The position numbers were made by a program, and so were the translations under genes. The notes under the pieces were generated by a model. That model did not search any database and was not told the origin of the DNA. It saw only the letters and a program-made list of their open reading frames with translations. Source: Armatimonadota bacterium (lineage in GTDB: Bacteria; Armatimonadota; HRBIN16). From it: a stretch of DNA of 64,000 nucleotides. Below are positions 18,752 to 28,563 of the stretch, in pieces; position 1 is the first letter of the stretch; each line of letters opens with the position of its first letter. The stretch spans positions 1,504,001 through 1,568,000 of the forward strand of contig OY781964.1 in the NCBI GenBank assembly GCA_963677485.1. The letters run 5' to 3'.

Positions 18752-19945
18752 ATGGCAGATGAACGGCAGTTAGAGATACTGAACCAGGGCGTGGATGTAT
18801 GGAATGATTGGCGCGGGAAGAACCCCGGTGTAGTTGTAGACCTGATGAATGCTGAGTTAAACGGCAAGGTGCTGAGCTCGGTGAACCTCAAGCACGCCAA
18901 CCTCATTGGGGCTGAGCTGAATGGAGCGGACCTGAGTGAAGCCGACCTGAGGGAGGCGCGCCTGAACGTGGCGGACCTCAGCACGGCCAACCTGCTAGGG
19001 GCCAACCTGAGCGGGGCCTATCTGCTGTTTGTGCACCTTAACGGAGCCGATCTGGCCGGAGCGGACCTCAGTGGGGCATATCTTGAAAAGGCGGACATGC
19101 AGGAGACGCATCTATATAAGGCGAACCTCAGCGGGGCCAACCTGACCGATGCCAGCTTGATCGGAGCGGACCTTACGGGTGTGGATATCACGGGTGCCAC
19201 ATTGATTGGTGCGAATCTTGGCATCACCAACGTCACAGACATCATATACGATCTTAAGTCGATGGCCGGGAAATATAAGGGCATCTGCGTAGACAGTTGC
19301 TTCGGCTACGCCGTTTTCAAACGCGACGCACAAGACCAGGACTATATCGACACGCTGTGGGCCAATGCAAAAAACCAGTGTCCACTATACGACCGGATCA
19401 CAAAGGTTCACACCTGGTTTATAGAGCTGTGGGCGAAATGGGTTGGCTGTAAGTGGCTGCCGTTGTTCAAACACATCCACAATACCACAGGTTTGTTTTG
19501 CGGCATCAAGCACAGACGCCAGCAGCCGCTGCGGATTATCGGCATATGGTTATGGGGTTTCCTCACGGATTACGGCCGCAGCATTCCGCGGTTATCGCTT
19601 GTAGCGGCTATGGTCATCGCGGGGTTTGGGTACTATTACCAGTGCCATCCAGAACTTGTGAACATCAACGCCCCCGTGCAGCACAGCATGCCGCCAGCAA
19701 GCTCGGGGGGGAGCACTCTGAACGATTATCTGTTCGGTACACCTGAACCAGCCAGCACACCGGCGATGTCGGGGTTCACACCGTATTACTTTTCTGTGGT
19801 TATTTTCACCACACTTGGTCTGGGCGACATATCACCCCACGGCACGGGGGGGCAATTGGCGGTGATTTCCGAGGTGGTGCTGGGCTATGTCACGCTGGGT
19901 CTGCTGCTGTCGATCCTGGGCAACAAGGTCGCCCGTCGGAGCTGA
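18752..19945 (+). CDS. Pentapeptide-repeat protein with C-terminal two-TM ion-channel (Ion_trans_2-like) domain
   Basis: A[DN]LxG repeats; TDYGRS; YFSVVIFTTLGLGDISP pore motif; AAGGAG RBS before ATG 18752. Confidence 0.88.
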   Translation: MADERQLEILNQGVDVWNDWRGKNPGVVVDLMNAELNGKVLSSVNLKHANLIGAELNGADLSEADLREARLNVADLSTANLLGANLSGAYLLFVHLNGADLAGADLSGAYLEKADMQETHLYKANLSGANLTDASLIGADLTGVDITGATLIGANLGITNVTDIIYDLKSMAGKYKGICVDSCFGYAVFKRDAQDQDYIDTLWANAKNQCPLYDRITKVHTWFIELWAKWVGCKWLPLFKHIHNTTGLFCGIKHRRQQPLRIIGIWLWGFLTDYGRSIPRLSLVAAMVIAGFGYYYQCHPELVNINAPVQHSMPPASSGGSTLNDYLFGTPEPASTPAMSGFTPYYFSVVIFTTLGLGDISPHGTGGQLAVISEVVLGYVTLGLLLSILGNKVARRS

Positions 19946-19997
19946 GGGGGGGGCGCCGTCGCGTGAGGTGTTGCGTGAAACACCCCAGTTACACCTA

Positions 19998-21262
19998 CAG
20001 CCCCGCTGCGACGGGTTCCATCGCCGCAGTCCGCATGCGGGCGCAGGACCTCCCCAACGCCCGCCGGAACGCGGGCCGGTACTGATCAGCGACGGTTGAC
20101 AGCGCCCGTACCGGGACGCAGTCACGGACGGGCCGCCGAACCCGTCGCACAATGGCTCGCAGGTAACCATGATCACCAGTGGCCTTGTGCCGCGGGTTTA
20201 GTCACCCACACGACTACGTTCCGGGAGCTGGCGCTCCGGGAACTGCGTCTAGTGCGGGTTCCTGCACCGCACGGCTGATCAATATCGGCCGGTGTCGCTT
20301 TGCTCCGACCGGCGACCGTAATAGCGCAGTATCGGTCTGGCGGATCGCCTTGCTCCGCTTGCGGGCAGCCAACTCATCAGACGCGCGGTGGTCTTGAATG
20401 CCTATGTCCGGGCGGTTTTCCCCTAACCGCGCCGGTCTGGCGGTTAGCCTGGTATCTATGGACCAGTATGCCGCGCATTCTCCGGGCACCCACGAAGTGG
20501 GTAAGATTCTTTATAGCCAGGGGTGAGCGAAGCGATACCCCTGGAAAAGGCCACGAAACCCTACCCACGAAGTGGGTCGTCCGATGACGATGTGGCTGAT
20601 CGCCTCCGATACCAACCACCAGCCCCGCTGCGACGGGTTCCATCGCCCCGTGAACGGGCGCAAGACTACTCCAACGCCCGCCGGAACGCGGGCCGGTACT
20701 GATCAGCGACGGGTGACAGCGCCCGTACCGGGACGCAGTCACGGACGGGCCGCCGAACCCGTCGCATAATGGCCAGTAGATAACCATGATCACCAGTGGC
20801 CCAGTGCCGCGGGTTTAGTCACCCACACGACTACGTTCCGGGAGCTGACGCTCCGGGAACTGCGTCTAGTGCGGGTTCCTGCACCGCACGGCTGATCATT
20901 AGCGGCCGGTGTCGCTTCGCTCCGACCGGCGACCGTAATAGCGCAGTATCGGTCTGGCGGATCGCCTTGCTCCGCTTGCGGGCAGCCAACTCATCAGACG
21001 CGCGGTGGTCTTGAACGCCTATGTCCGGGGCGGTTTTCCCTAAACGCGCAGGTCTTGCGGTTAGCCTGGTACCTATGAACCAGTATGCCGCGCATTCTCC
21101 GGGCACCCAAGAGGTGGGTAAGATTCTTTATAGCCAGGGGTGAGCGAAGCGATACCCCTGGCAAAGGCCGCGAAACCCTACCCCGAAGTGGGTCGTCCGA
21201 TGACGATGTGGCTGATCGCCTCCGATACAAACCACCAGCCACACTGCGACGGGTTCCATCGT
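19998..21262. repeat. Tandem repeat, unit about 617 bp, two copies plus the start of a third
   Basis: Unit starts (CAGCC.C.CTGCGACGGGTTCCATCG) at 19998, 20620 and 21236. Spurious ORFs recur 617 nt apart (20179/20796, 20214/20831). Confidence 0.93.
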
Positions 21263-21281
21263 CCCCACAGCAGTTGTCGGC

Positions 21282-22298
21282 CTACAACCCCGCCGCTTTG
21301 CGTATCCTGGCAAAACCACGGTCACGCAATTCGCTGCTGTACAGCTCCAGCCCTATCCAGACAAATACGAAACTGACCAACGGCAATACCTGAAGTGCGA
21401 TCTGCGGATCACCACCTGCTATATGGTAAAACCCCTTCAACAAAAAGAAAAAGCCGATCCACAACCCTACAATCCATTGGGTGAGCACCCCGCTTGATGC
21501 TGGCTTAGGCATCGGATTTTCATCTAGCTGGATCACAGGAACTTCGCGCTGCAAGGTTACGTTGTGTAGTTGCTCAATGGCCGCCTGGTTCCCCTCTTGA
21601 TCATAGCAAACCGGGATCACCCCATTGGCACTTACCAGGTAAAGCGACGCACTGCGGTCTGATATCGCATATGAAAGCGCAGGTTGTGTGTCATCTACGG
21701 GGCAAGAGACAAGATAGACGCTGACATATGAGGGCAACATATACCACTCCAACGAAGGCAACACCCAAAGGATGTGATAGCCATTCGTTTGCCACGCACA
21801 GGTCGCTTTGAGCTTAGACCGCCGCATGCACCTCACCAGACGAAGCATATGCATGGCGGGATACATCGATATATATACAACGATACAAGCTACGCCACTC
21901 ATGCCCATGACATAAAACGGCGAGACATAAAACAAGACTAGAAAGCCTATTGTAGACATCATAGCGTCGTAGTAAAAATCTGATGGCAGCGTAGCTTGAT
22001 TAATCTCCCAGGAATATACGCGAGCGCTGGTTTCACCCTTCGTTCCGTACAGCAATCTATATGGGTACCGATCATGCGGCCCGAAAAACGCCCCGTTTTT
22101 GATGATGATCCACGCACTGCATGCTATCCCCAACAAAAAGCCAAAAGCAAAGAATAATGGGGAAATATGTCCAAAAGGCCACATGGCGATCATTCCAACA
22201 CCAATCCATAATTTTGGCAACTGTGCATTTTGATAGAACCAGAGTTTCATATCATTCATCTTTCTGGGATGCTGCATCTTAAAAACACTCGGCACCAA
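21282..22298 (-). CDS. Orphan membrane protein (true start probably 22259 or 22250)
   Basis: 338-aa ORF with several hydrophobic segments, visibly AT-richer than its neighbours; no recognised motif. Confidence 0.6.
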   Translation of the reverse strand: MVPSVFKMQHPRKMNDMKLWFYQNAQLPKLWIGVGMIAMWPFGHISPLFFAFGFLLGIACSAWIIIKNGAFFGPHDRYPYRLLYGTKGETSARVYSWEINQATLPSDFYYDAMMSTIGFLVLFYVSPFYVMGMSGVACIVVYISMYPAMHMLRLVRCMRRSKLKATCAWQTNGYHILWVLPSLEWYMLPSYVSVYLVSCPVDDTQPALSYAISDRSASLYLVSANGVIPVCYDQEGNQAAIEQLHNVTLQREVPVIQLDENPMPKPASSGVLTQWIVGLWIGFFFLLKGFYHIAGGDPQIALQVLPLVSFVFVWIGLELYSSELRDRGFARIRKAAGL

Positions 22299-22753
22299 CT
22301 GAAATCTAAGTCATGATGCACTAACCCGACCGGCATGGTTTTTATTGTATTGCTGTTAGTGTATACGAGGGATGCTCCGATGTCAAGCCTGGTTGTATAT
22401 CGTTTAAGTAACTGTATCGAATGCACCCCGGCCAACGCGGTTTTTGACTGAACCACGAATGGACACGAATAGGAAAGGTCTCACGCGAAGACGCGAAGAC
22501 GCGAAGGGTGGTTCAATCACCTCCACATCCGTGTCATCCGACTAATCCGCGTCATCCGTGGTTAAGACAACTCCGTGCCCCTGTCGGTACCTAATCTGTG
22601 CCATCTGTGTAATCTGTGGATGTGAATCCCCTCCGCGCCCTCCGCGTCTCCGCGTGAGATGGTTCCATCCCCCTGCAATTACCAGCTTGCGAGGGTATTC
22701 CGCATACAGGTATCATAACTCTAGTGTCTCACCTAATTTCGAGAGGTAGCTCA

Positions 22754-23047
22754 TTGAACATCAAGGGCGGTGTAACCGGAAGGCTTCTGGGTGCGGTGGT
22801 ATTCATCGGCGGCATTGCGCTGCTGGTATGGACTTTTCAGCTCGCGTTCCGCTTCTACTCAGAACCCATCCCCTCGGCAAAATCTGATGTGGCCCAGTTA
22901 GGCATCATCGGCATGAATATGGTCAAGAAGATCATCATGATGCTGGTAATGCTGCTCGCCGGTTCGCTGATCACAGGTAAAGGGATCAATCTCTACTTGG
23001 CCGGACAAGCACCTCGCAACAACAGCAACCCGGCACCAAAACCATAA
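22754..23047 (+). CDS. Small two-TM hypothetical protein
   Basis: TTG start after GAGAGG; two hydrophobic helices. Confidence 0.65.
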   Translation: MNIKGGVTGRLLGAVVFIGGIALLVWTFQLAFRFYSEPIPSAKSDVAQLGIIGMNMVKKIIMMLVMLLAGSLITGKGINLYLAGQAPRNNSNPAPKP

Positions 23048-23085
23048 CCCACAAGTTAACCCTCAAGCAGCAAGGATGGCAATCC

Positions 23086-23826
23086 ATGGCAAATCTACTT
23101 CCACGTCGCATCGTCTCGCTTACCCCTGGTATTACGGAGATACTCTACGCCATCGGCTGTGAGCCGCAGATCGCGGCCGTGACGGTCAACTGCGACTATC
23201 CCACCATCGCCAAACGCAAACCCAAAGTGGGCGACATGCGGGCCAGTGTGGAGCGTATCATAAGCTTCCGGCCAGATATGATCATAGCCGACTCACTGTT
23301 CAACGCCTCCCAGGTTCGCAGGCTAAAGGCGCTGAAACAGCCGTTGGTAGAGATATCATGCACCAGCTTCGGCAGTGTGGGCCGCGAGATCGCGCGCTTA
23401 GGCCGTCTGACTGGGCACGCCAAACAGGCTGATGCCATCGCTGCCAAGTTTGTAGAAGCGGAACGGAAACCGAAGCGAGGCACCCGCCGGGCACTGTTCA
23501 TTTTGTCACCCAACCCGCTGCCGCTGTGGGTGGCGGGACACGACACCTACGCCAACGAGATGTTGAAGCTGGCGGGATACATCAACACCTCGGAAAAAGG
23601 CGGCAGGAACTATTATCAGCTCAGTACGGAGTCGGTGATGAAGCTCAACCCTGATGTGATTTTCGTGGTGGGCTCGGCCGCCGATGTGCAGCTTCTGCGT
23701 CATCACCCGGTGTTCAAACAGATGAATGCCGTGAAGCGGGGGGCAGTCTACACTGTGGAACCCAACCTGTATGTGCGTAATAGTCCGCGCCTGTTACAGG
23801 GTTTGGAGTTTCTGAAACGCCATTAG
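23086..23826 (+). CDS. BtuF-like helical-backbone metal/cobalamin-binding protein
   Basis: RIVSLTPGITEILYAIG, CDYP, ERIISFRPD, LNPDVI, NAVKRGAVY, RNSPRL. Confidence 0.85.
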   Translation: MANLLPRRIVSLTPGITEILYAIGCEPQIAAVTVNCDYPTIAKRKPKVGDMRASVERIISFRPDMIIADSLFNASQVRRLKALKQPLVEISCTSFGSVGREIARLGRLTGHAKQADAIAAKFVEAERKPKRGTRRALFILSPNPLPLWVAGHDTYANEMLKLAGYINTSEKGGRNYYQLSTESVMKLNPDVIFVVGSAADVQLLRHHPVFKQMNAVKRGAVYTVEPNLYVRNSPRLLQGLEFLKRH

Positions 23827-23900
23827 ATGAATCCCATCAACGATGTCAGGTATCTTAAGAATGGGCAACTTCAGTCTGTTCCTATGATAAGGAGAATCAC

Positions 23901-24752
23901 ATGATCCCCAAAAGGCCATACGGTAAACACGGCGATAAGCTATCGATCATCGGGTTCGGAGGCATTGTGGTGATGAACACACCACAAGAGCAAGCCAACC
24001 GAGCCGCACGCGAGGCCTTTGATCAAGGCGTCAACTACTACGATGTCGCACCCTCATACGGTAACGCCCAGGAGATACTGGGACCGGCCATAGAGCCATT
24101 CCGCAACAAGATATTTTTAGCCTGTAAAACGGAAAAGCGCACCGCGAAAGAGGCGCAGGTGGCTATGGAAGACTCCTTCCGCAAGCTGCGGACCGACCAT
24201 TTCGACCTCTACCAGTTGCACGCCATGACCACCAAAGACGACCTTGAGCAGGCATTTGGGCCGGGTGGTGTGATGGAGACTGTGGTGAAGGCAAAAGAGC
24301 AGGGCAAAATCCGGCACATCGGCTTCAGCGCACACAGCGAGGAGCTCGCTTTGGAACTGCTGAACCGCTTCCCATTTGAAAGCGTGCTTTTTCCGTTAAA
24401 CTTTGTCACGTTGTTCCATGGCAACTTCGGTTGGAAACTGCTGGAAGAGGCCCCCAAACGTGGTGTGACCCTTCTATCACTGAAGGCGATGGCCAAAACA
24501 CCCTGGAAAGAGGGGCAGCCACACACGGTTGAAAAGACCTGGTATGAGCCGCTAACCGACGCCGCCACCGCAGAGCTGGCCGTGCGGTATGTGCTGTCAC
24601 TTCCGGTGACCGCCTACCTGCCTCCGGGTGATGAGAAGCTGTTCCGAATGGCCCTGCCCTTTGCCCACCGTCACAAACCGGTGACGGAAGCCGAGAAGGC
24701 CAAGCTGAAGAAGCTGGCCATGAGCATGGTGCCCATTTTCCCGCAAGGCTGA
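23901..24752 (+). CDS. Aldo/keto reductase
   Basis: LSIIGFGG, NYYDVAPSYG, LRTDHFDLYQLH, GKIRHIGFSAH. Confidence 0.93.
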   Translation: MIPKRPYGKHGDKLSIIGFGGIVVMNTPQEQANRAAREAFDQGVNYYDVAPSYGNAQEILGPAIEPFRNKIFLACKTEKRTAKEAQVAMEDSFRKLRTDHFDLYQLHAMTTKDDLEQAFGPGGVMETVVKAKEQGKIRHIGFSAHSEELALELLNRFPFESVLFPLNFVTLFHGNFGWKLLEEAPKRGVTLLSLKAMAKTPWKEGQPHTVEKTWYEPLTDAATAELAVRYVLSLPVTAYLPPGDEKLFRMALPFAHRHKPVTEAEKAKLKKLAMSMVPIFPQG

Positions 24753-24772
24753 TCCTGGCTGCAACCCGTATC

Positions 24773-24808
24773 AACGCCCCGGCCATCACGGCCGGGGCGT
24801 TTTGTTTT
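24773..24808 (+). terminator. Intrinsic terminator
   Basis: AACGCCCCGGCC-atcac-GGCCGGGGCGTT followed by TTGTTTT. Confidence 0.8.
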
Positions 24809-24879
24809 GTGGTAGTTATAAGACGGGCAAGATGAGTAGGACGAGTAGGACATGGGTTAACGACCTGCAGTTTGCGGCC

Positions 24880-25286
24880 CATTCGTGTGCATTCGCGGTT
24901 GCTTACGAACTATACCAGCGCGACCAAATACCTTTGCACCATTGCACCTTTGCGTTGGATCCCATCTGCGTTCAACCGTGTGCATCCGCGGTTACTTCCG
25001 AACTATACCAGCGCGGCCAAACACCCTTGCGCCTTTGCACCATTGCGCCTTTGCGTTGGATCCCATCCGCGTTCATCCGTGTTCATCCGCGGTTACTTCC
25101 GAACCATACCAGCGCGTCAAAATGCCCTTGCGCCTTTGCACCATTGCGCCTTTGCGTTGGATCCCATCCGCGTTCATCCGTGTTCATCCGCGGTTACTTC
25201 CGAACCATACCAGCGCGTCAAAATGCCCTTGCGCCTTTGCACCATTGCGCCTTTGCGTTGGATCCCATCCGTGTGCATTCGTGGTT
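24880..25286. repeat. Tandem array of four ~101-bp units (no unique spacers)
   Basis: GGATCCC recurs at 24957, 25058, 25159 and 25260; units 3 and 4 are essentially identical. Confidence 0.95.
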
Positions 25287-25318
25287 GAAAAGATCCCCCA
25301 GTAGCCGCCAACAAACCC

Positions 25319-27256
25319 TCACTTTCCCGCCAGTTTCAGCCACGCCAGGCAATACTCCGCATGGCTCCAGGTCAGCGGTGCCACGTAGATCGCCGCGCCA
25401 GTGAAGGGGTTTACCTGCTCGGGAAGTGCTCCGCCCTCCAGTTGCCGTTCGCACGCCCAGTACAGCCACTGCCTGGCGCTTAAGACATCCTGACTCGTGG
25501 TGCTCATCATAGCCTTCGCCCGCGCCAGCCACAAACTGCATATCACCCAGGGGTTGCCCTGCAGATCCAGGCTCACCCGATGGTAGTAGTCATCTTCATA
25601 CCTCGCCAGCCCGCAGACAGGCGATTTCACCAGCAGGTTCTTCTCCAGACACGCCACCATCCGAACCGCCCTGGGGTCATCAGCCGGTATCAATCCGTAG
25701 AGGATAGCCGCCAATTGCGAGCTGTCCAGGGTGCGGTCGACCGTCAGCTCACCGTCTGAGGCGACGGTGACCATCCGCGCGAAGGCACCCTCATCCTCCA
25801 TCCAAAAATGCTTGATGGTCGCCTGCCTGATCTCCTCTGCCGACTTTTGGAACAAAGCAGCATGAGGCTGCTGCAGCGTCTCTAATAGTTGGCCCACCTC
25901 ATATAGTGCTGCGACGATACAGCAGCAGCTCCAGATGTGCGCGCCACGCCGCTCTTCCCAAAGGTCGTAGCTAGGTTTTGGCAGACCGGTGTTCGGGTCT
26001 ACATAACTCCGCAAGCTGTTTGCGATGGGCAGCAGCAAGGATTGCACCAGCAGCGCACATTCTGCCGTGACAGGATGACGCCGGATGTGCCGGCAAAGCG
26101 CCCATGCCACCAGCGCACTGCCGTCCTCCTGCACCGGCAACTGACTATGCCCGTTCTCAATAAACGGGTGCCAACTCGCCCCCATGCTGCCATCTGGACA
26201 GTATTTTTGCAGCAGAAAATGCGGTTCGTGCGGCAGGATGCGCCCGCAAAAATCAAAGAAGCGTTCCGCGATCTGCATGTATCCCAACTGGCTGAGCGTA
26301 TCGGCCACTATGGCTCCATCGCGAGGCCACATATAGCTGTAATGCGCGCGCGCTGTGGCCATGATGTCGCTATCGTTGGCGGCTAGAATCGCCCCACCGG
26401 CATCGATTTGGTTGCGCATCTGGATGATGCTCTGCTGCAGCAGACTGTCCAGAGTGCTGCAGGCCTTGTGTTCCGGCAGTTTGGCTTGTGCGACCCAGCC
26501 TTTCCATAGGTGGCGGGTTTCCTCAAATAGATGGTCAAACCCACGCTCAAAAATGGTGCGATGCAGCGACTGCACCTCGTGATGACTTCCTCCAGCCACA
26601 ATCCACAACCTGGCGATACGCTCATCGTCCGGGCCTATGTCGGCTTTCCATCCTAATGACGAATCGACAGATCCCTGCTCAATGGCGTTGCCGCCCAACT
26701 CACCATCTTCACAATCGCGCCAGGTTCCTTCGCTGCCCGCCCACCGCTTCATGCCACACGAGTATCCAAACGGGTGTTGGTGGCCAAAATTACCACTTCC
26801 CAGAAGCCACACATCACGTTTATAATGCACGATGCTGTGCGTATTGGGGTCATAGAACACCGTATCGCCGATGTCACTTTCAGAGATGTTGAAGTCATAG
26901 CTCATGAACAGGCGTATTTCTCGGGGATTGTCGACGCGATTTTGGACTTCCACCCAGCGCAGCCAGATGTTTTCGGTACGGCAGAGAGTATCGCGCAGCT
27001 TTAGCTCAATGGCGAGCTCACTGTGTACAGCCTTCACATGGCTGACAGGAGCGTCTGGCTCATTGCTGCCCGTAATCTGCCACACCGGGTCATCCATCCA
27101 GCTAAACTGGCCTTCTGCCCAAACGCCCATGCGCACGCGGTTACCTGCCAAATGGTTCAACTGCCCGACATGCGGGTAGGTTAGGTCGCGGATATTCAGG
27201 CGGGAATCCTCCGCTACCAGCATATTGCCATTAGCGAATGTATAAGGTCTCGGCAA
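25319..27256 (-). CDS. GH15 family glycoside hydrolase (glucoamylase/trehalase-like)
   Basis: YSYMWPRDG, SYDLWEER, LPEQV, PLTWSHAEY. Confidence 0.93.
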   Translation of the reverse strand: MPRPYTFANGNMLVAEDSRLNIRDLTYPHVGQLNHLAGNRVRMGVWAEGQFSWMDDPVWQITGSNEPDAPVSHVKAVHSELAIELKLRDTLCRTENIWLRWVEVQNRVDNPREIRLFMSYDFNISESDIGDTVFYDPNTHSIVHYKRDVWLLGSGNFGHQHPFGYSCGMKRWAGSEGTWRDCEDGELGGNAIEQGSVDSSLGWKADIGPDDERIARLWIVAGGSHHEVQSLHRTIFERGFDHLFEETRHLWKGWVAQAKLPEHKACSTLDSLLQQSIIQMRNQIDAGGAILAANDSDIMATARAHYSYMWPRDGAIVADTLSQLGYMQIAERFFDFCGRILPHEPHFLLQKYCPDGSMGASWHPFIENGHSQLPVQEDGSALVAWALCRHIRRHPVTAECALLVQSLLLPIANSLRSYVDPNTGLPKPSYDLWEERRGAHIWSCCCIVAALYEVGQLLETLQQPHAALFQKSAEEIRQATIKHFWMEDEGAFARMVTVASDGELTVDRTLDSSQLAAILYGLIPADDPRAVRMVACLEKNLLVKSPVCGLARYEDDYYHRVSLDLQGNPWVICSLWLARAKAMMSTTSQDVLSARQWLYWACERQLEGGALPEQVNPFTGAAIYVAPLTWSHAEYCLAWLKLAGK

Positions 27257-27325
27257 GTGTCAACCTCCTAAGGGTGGTACACTAATTATAAAATAGCTTG
27301 ATTGCATCAGGCTAACGGAGTAGTT

Positions 27326-28054
27326 ATGTATCAATCTTCCGGCGGCTTACGCAAGACAACCTTGGACATCCTGAACCATCCCAACCAGGTCACCCTGGAT
27401 ATCGAAACCACCGGTCTAGACCGTGATGGCGACGATATCACCATCGTCACACTCTATACTGAGACCGCGTCACGCAAACAAGGTGCGATATATGTCAATA
27501 CACAGCGTGGTGATGAACTGGAGGCTCTGGCCCCTCTGGCGGAAGGTGCCGAACTCTACGGTTACGACCGTATAGTGGTGAAGCCGTTCGACGAGTTTAT
27601 CGCATGGGCGAGTTCCGAGCGGATTGTAGTGACTTACAACGGTGAGCGGTTTGACTTACCGTTCATACGCTCGTTTATCCGCAGATATCGGCGTCGACAG
27701 TCGGCTCAGCAGTTGAGTCTCTTCGGCGAGGAGATGACAGGCTCGTTGGCGGAAATCCCGCCGGTCGATCTTAGTCACTGGTGTCATTCCGATCTATATC
27801 GCGATATGGCCATGCATATGAAGCCATATCTTAATGTACCCAATTTGCGCCTGAAAACACTGCTTTCGTGCCTAAATATTCCGCGGCATCCCTTAGTGGA
27901 GGACAGCCATGGAGATGACGCGGTGGTGTTGTGGAGTCGCTGGCTGGCCAGCGGCGACCCCGCCTTTTTACAAAAACTCAGCCTCTACGGGCTGGAAGAT
28001 GTGCGCTGCACTCACGCATTAAGCCAGAAGCTTCTGGCCATGCTGCACAAATAA
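27326..28054 (+). CDS. YprB-like RNase H-fold (DEDD) exonuclease domain protein
   Basis: LDIETTGL, VTYNGERFDLPFI, DLY...LRLK, Y.LEDV; GGAG RBS before ATG 27326. Confidence 0.85.
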   Translation: MYQSSGGLRKTTLDILNHPNQVTLDIETTGLDRDGDDITIVTLYTETASRKQGAIYVNTQRGDELEALAPLAEGAELYGYDRIVVKPFDEFIAWASSERIVVTYNGERFDLPFIRSFIRRYRRRQSAQQLSLFGEEMTGSLAEIPPVDLSHWCHSDLYRDMAMHMKPYLNVPNLRLKTLLSCLNIPRHPLVEDSHGDDAVVLWSRWLASGDPAFLQKLSLYGLEDVRCTHALSQKLLAMLHK

Positions 28055-28068
28055 CGGAGGTTCCATCC

Positions 28069-28563
28069 ATGTATGAGCGTTATTGCGTCGTGAACAGCGA
28101 CCAGGTGACCGCCGTCAGGTCATCCACAGGCGCGCTGCGCGTCACCATCGGTAAAGATTTGAGCATCCTGGATGCGGTCATCATGCGCTGCTACCCGCAG
28201 TCAAATCCTGACGAATGGATCAGTGTGCGTGATGGCGCCAGTAAAGAGGTTTGCCTGCTGGAGACCATGCGGCACATGAAGCCCGATTCGCGCAGGCTGA
28301 TTGAGGAGTACCTCACCGACCGCTACTTTGTGCCGATGATCGAGCAGTTGAAGAGCGTCAGCGTCTCTGCAGGCATTCTCGCGCTCGACGTGGTCACCAA
28401 CCGCGGGGTAGAGACGGTGTTCATCAAAGACTTCGCGCAGAATATCCGCTGGTTGACCGTCTACCACCTTGTGATCACTGACATTGAGGGCAACCGCTTC
28501 GATATCCCAGATAAGCGCAAGCTGGACCCCAAACTGCTGCTGGCACTGGAGCGTGCTCTGTGA
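28069..28563 (+). CDS. DUF1854-like protein
   Basis: RCYPQSNPDEWISVRD..KEV, RYFVPMI, VVTNRG, ITDIEGNRFDIPD..KLD; GGAGG RBS. Confidence 0.8.
   Translation: MYERYCVVNSDQVTAVRSSTGALRVTIGKDLSILDAVIMRCYPQSNPDEWISVRDGASKEVCLLETMRHMKPDSRRLIEEYLTDRYFVPMIEQLKSVSVSAGILALDVVTNRGVETVFIKDFAQNIRWLTVYHLVITDIEGNRFDIPDKRKLDPKLLLALERAL

Noticed and set aside
22680-23085. Cobalamin riboswitch upstream of the BtuF-like gene
   Set aside because: No B12-box or core motif recognised, and most of the interval is coding.
24880-25286. CRISPR array
   Set aside because: Whole 101-bp units repeat with no unique spacers, and no cas genes are in the window.
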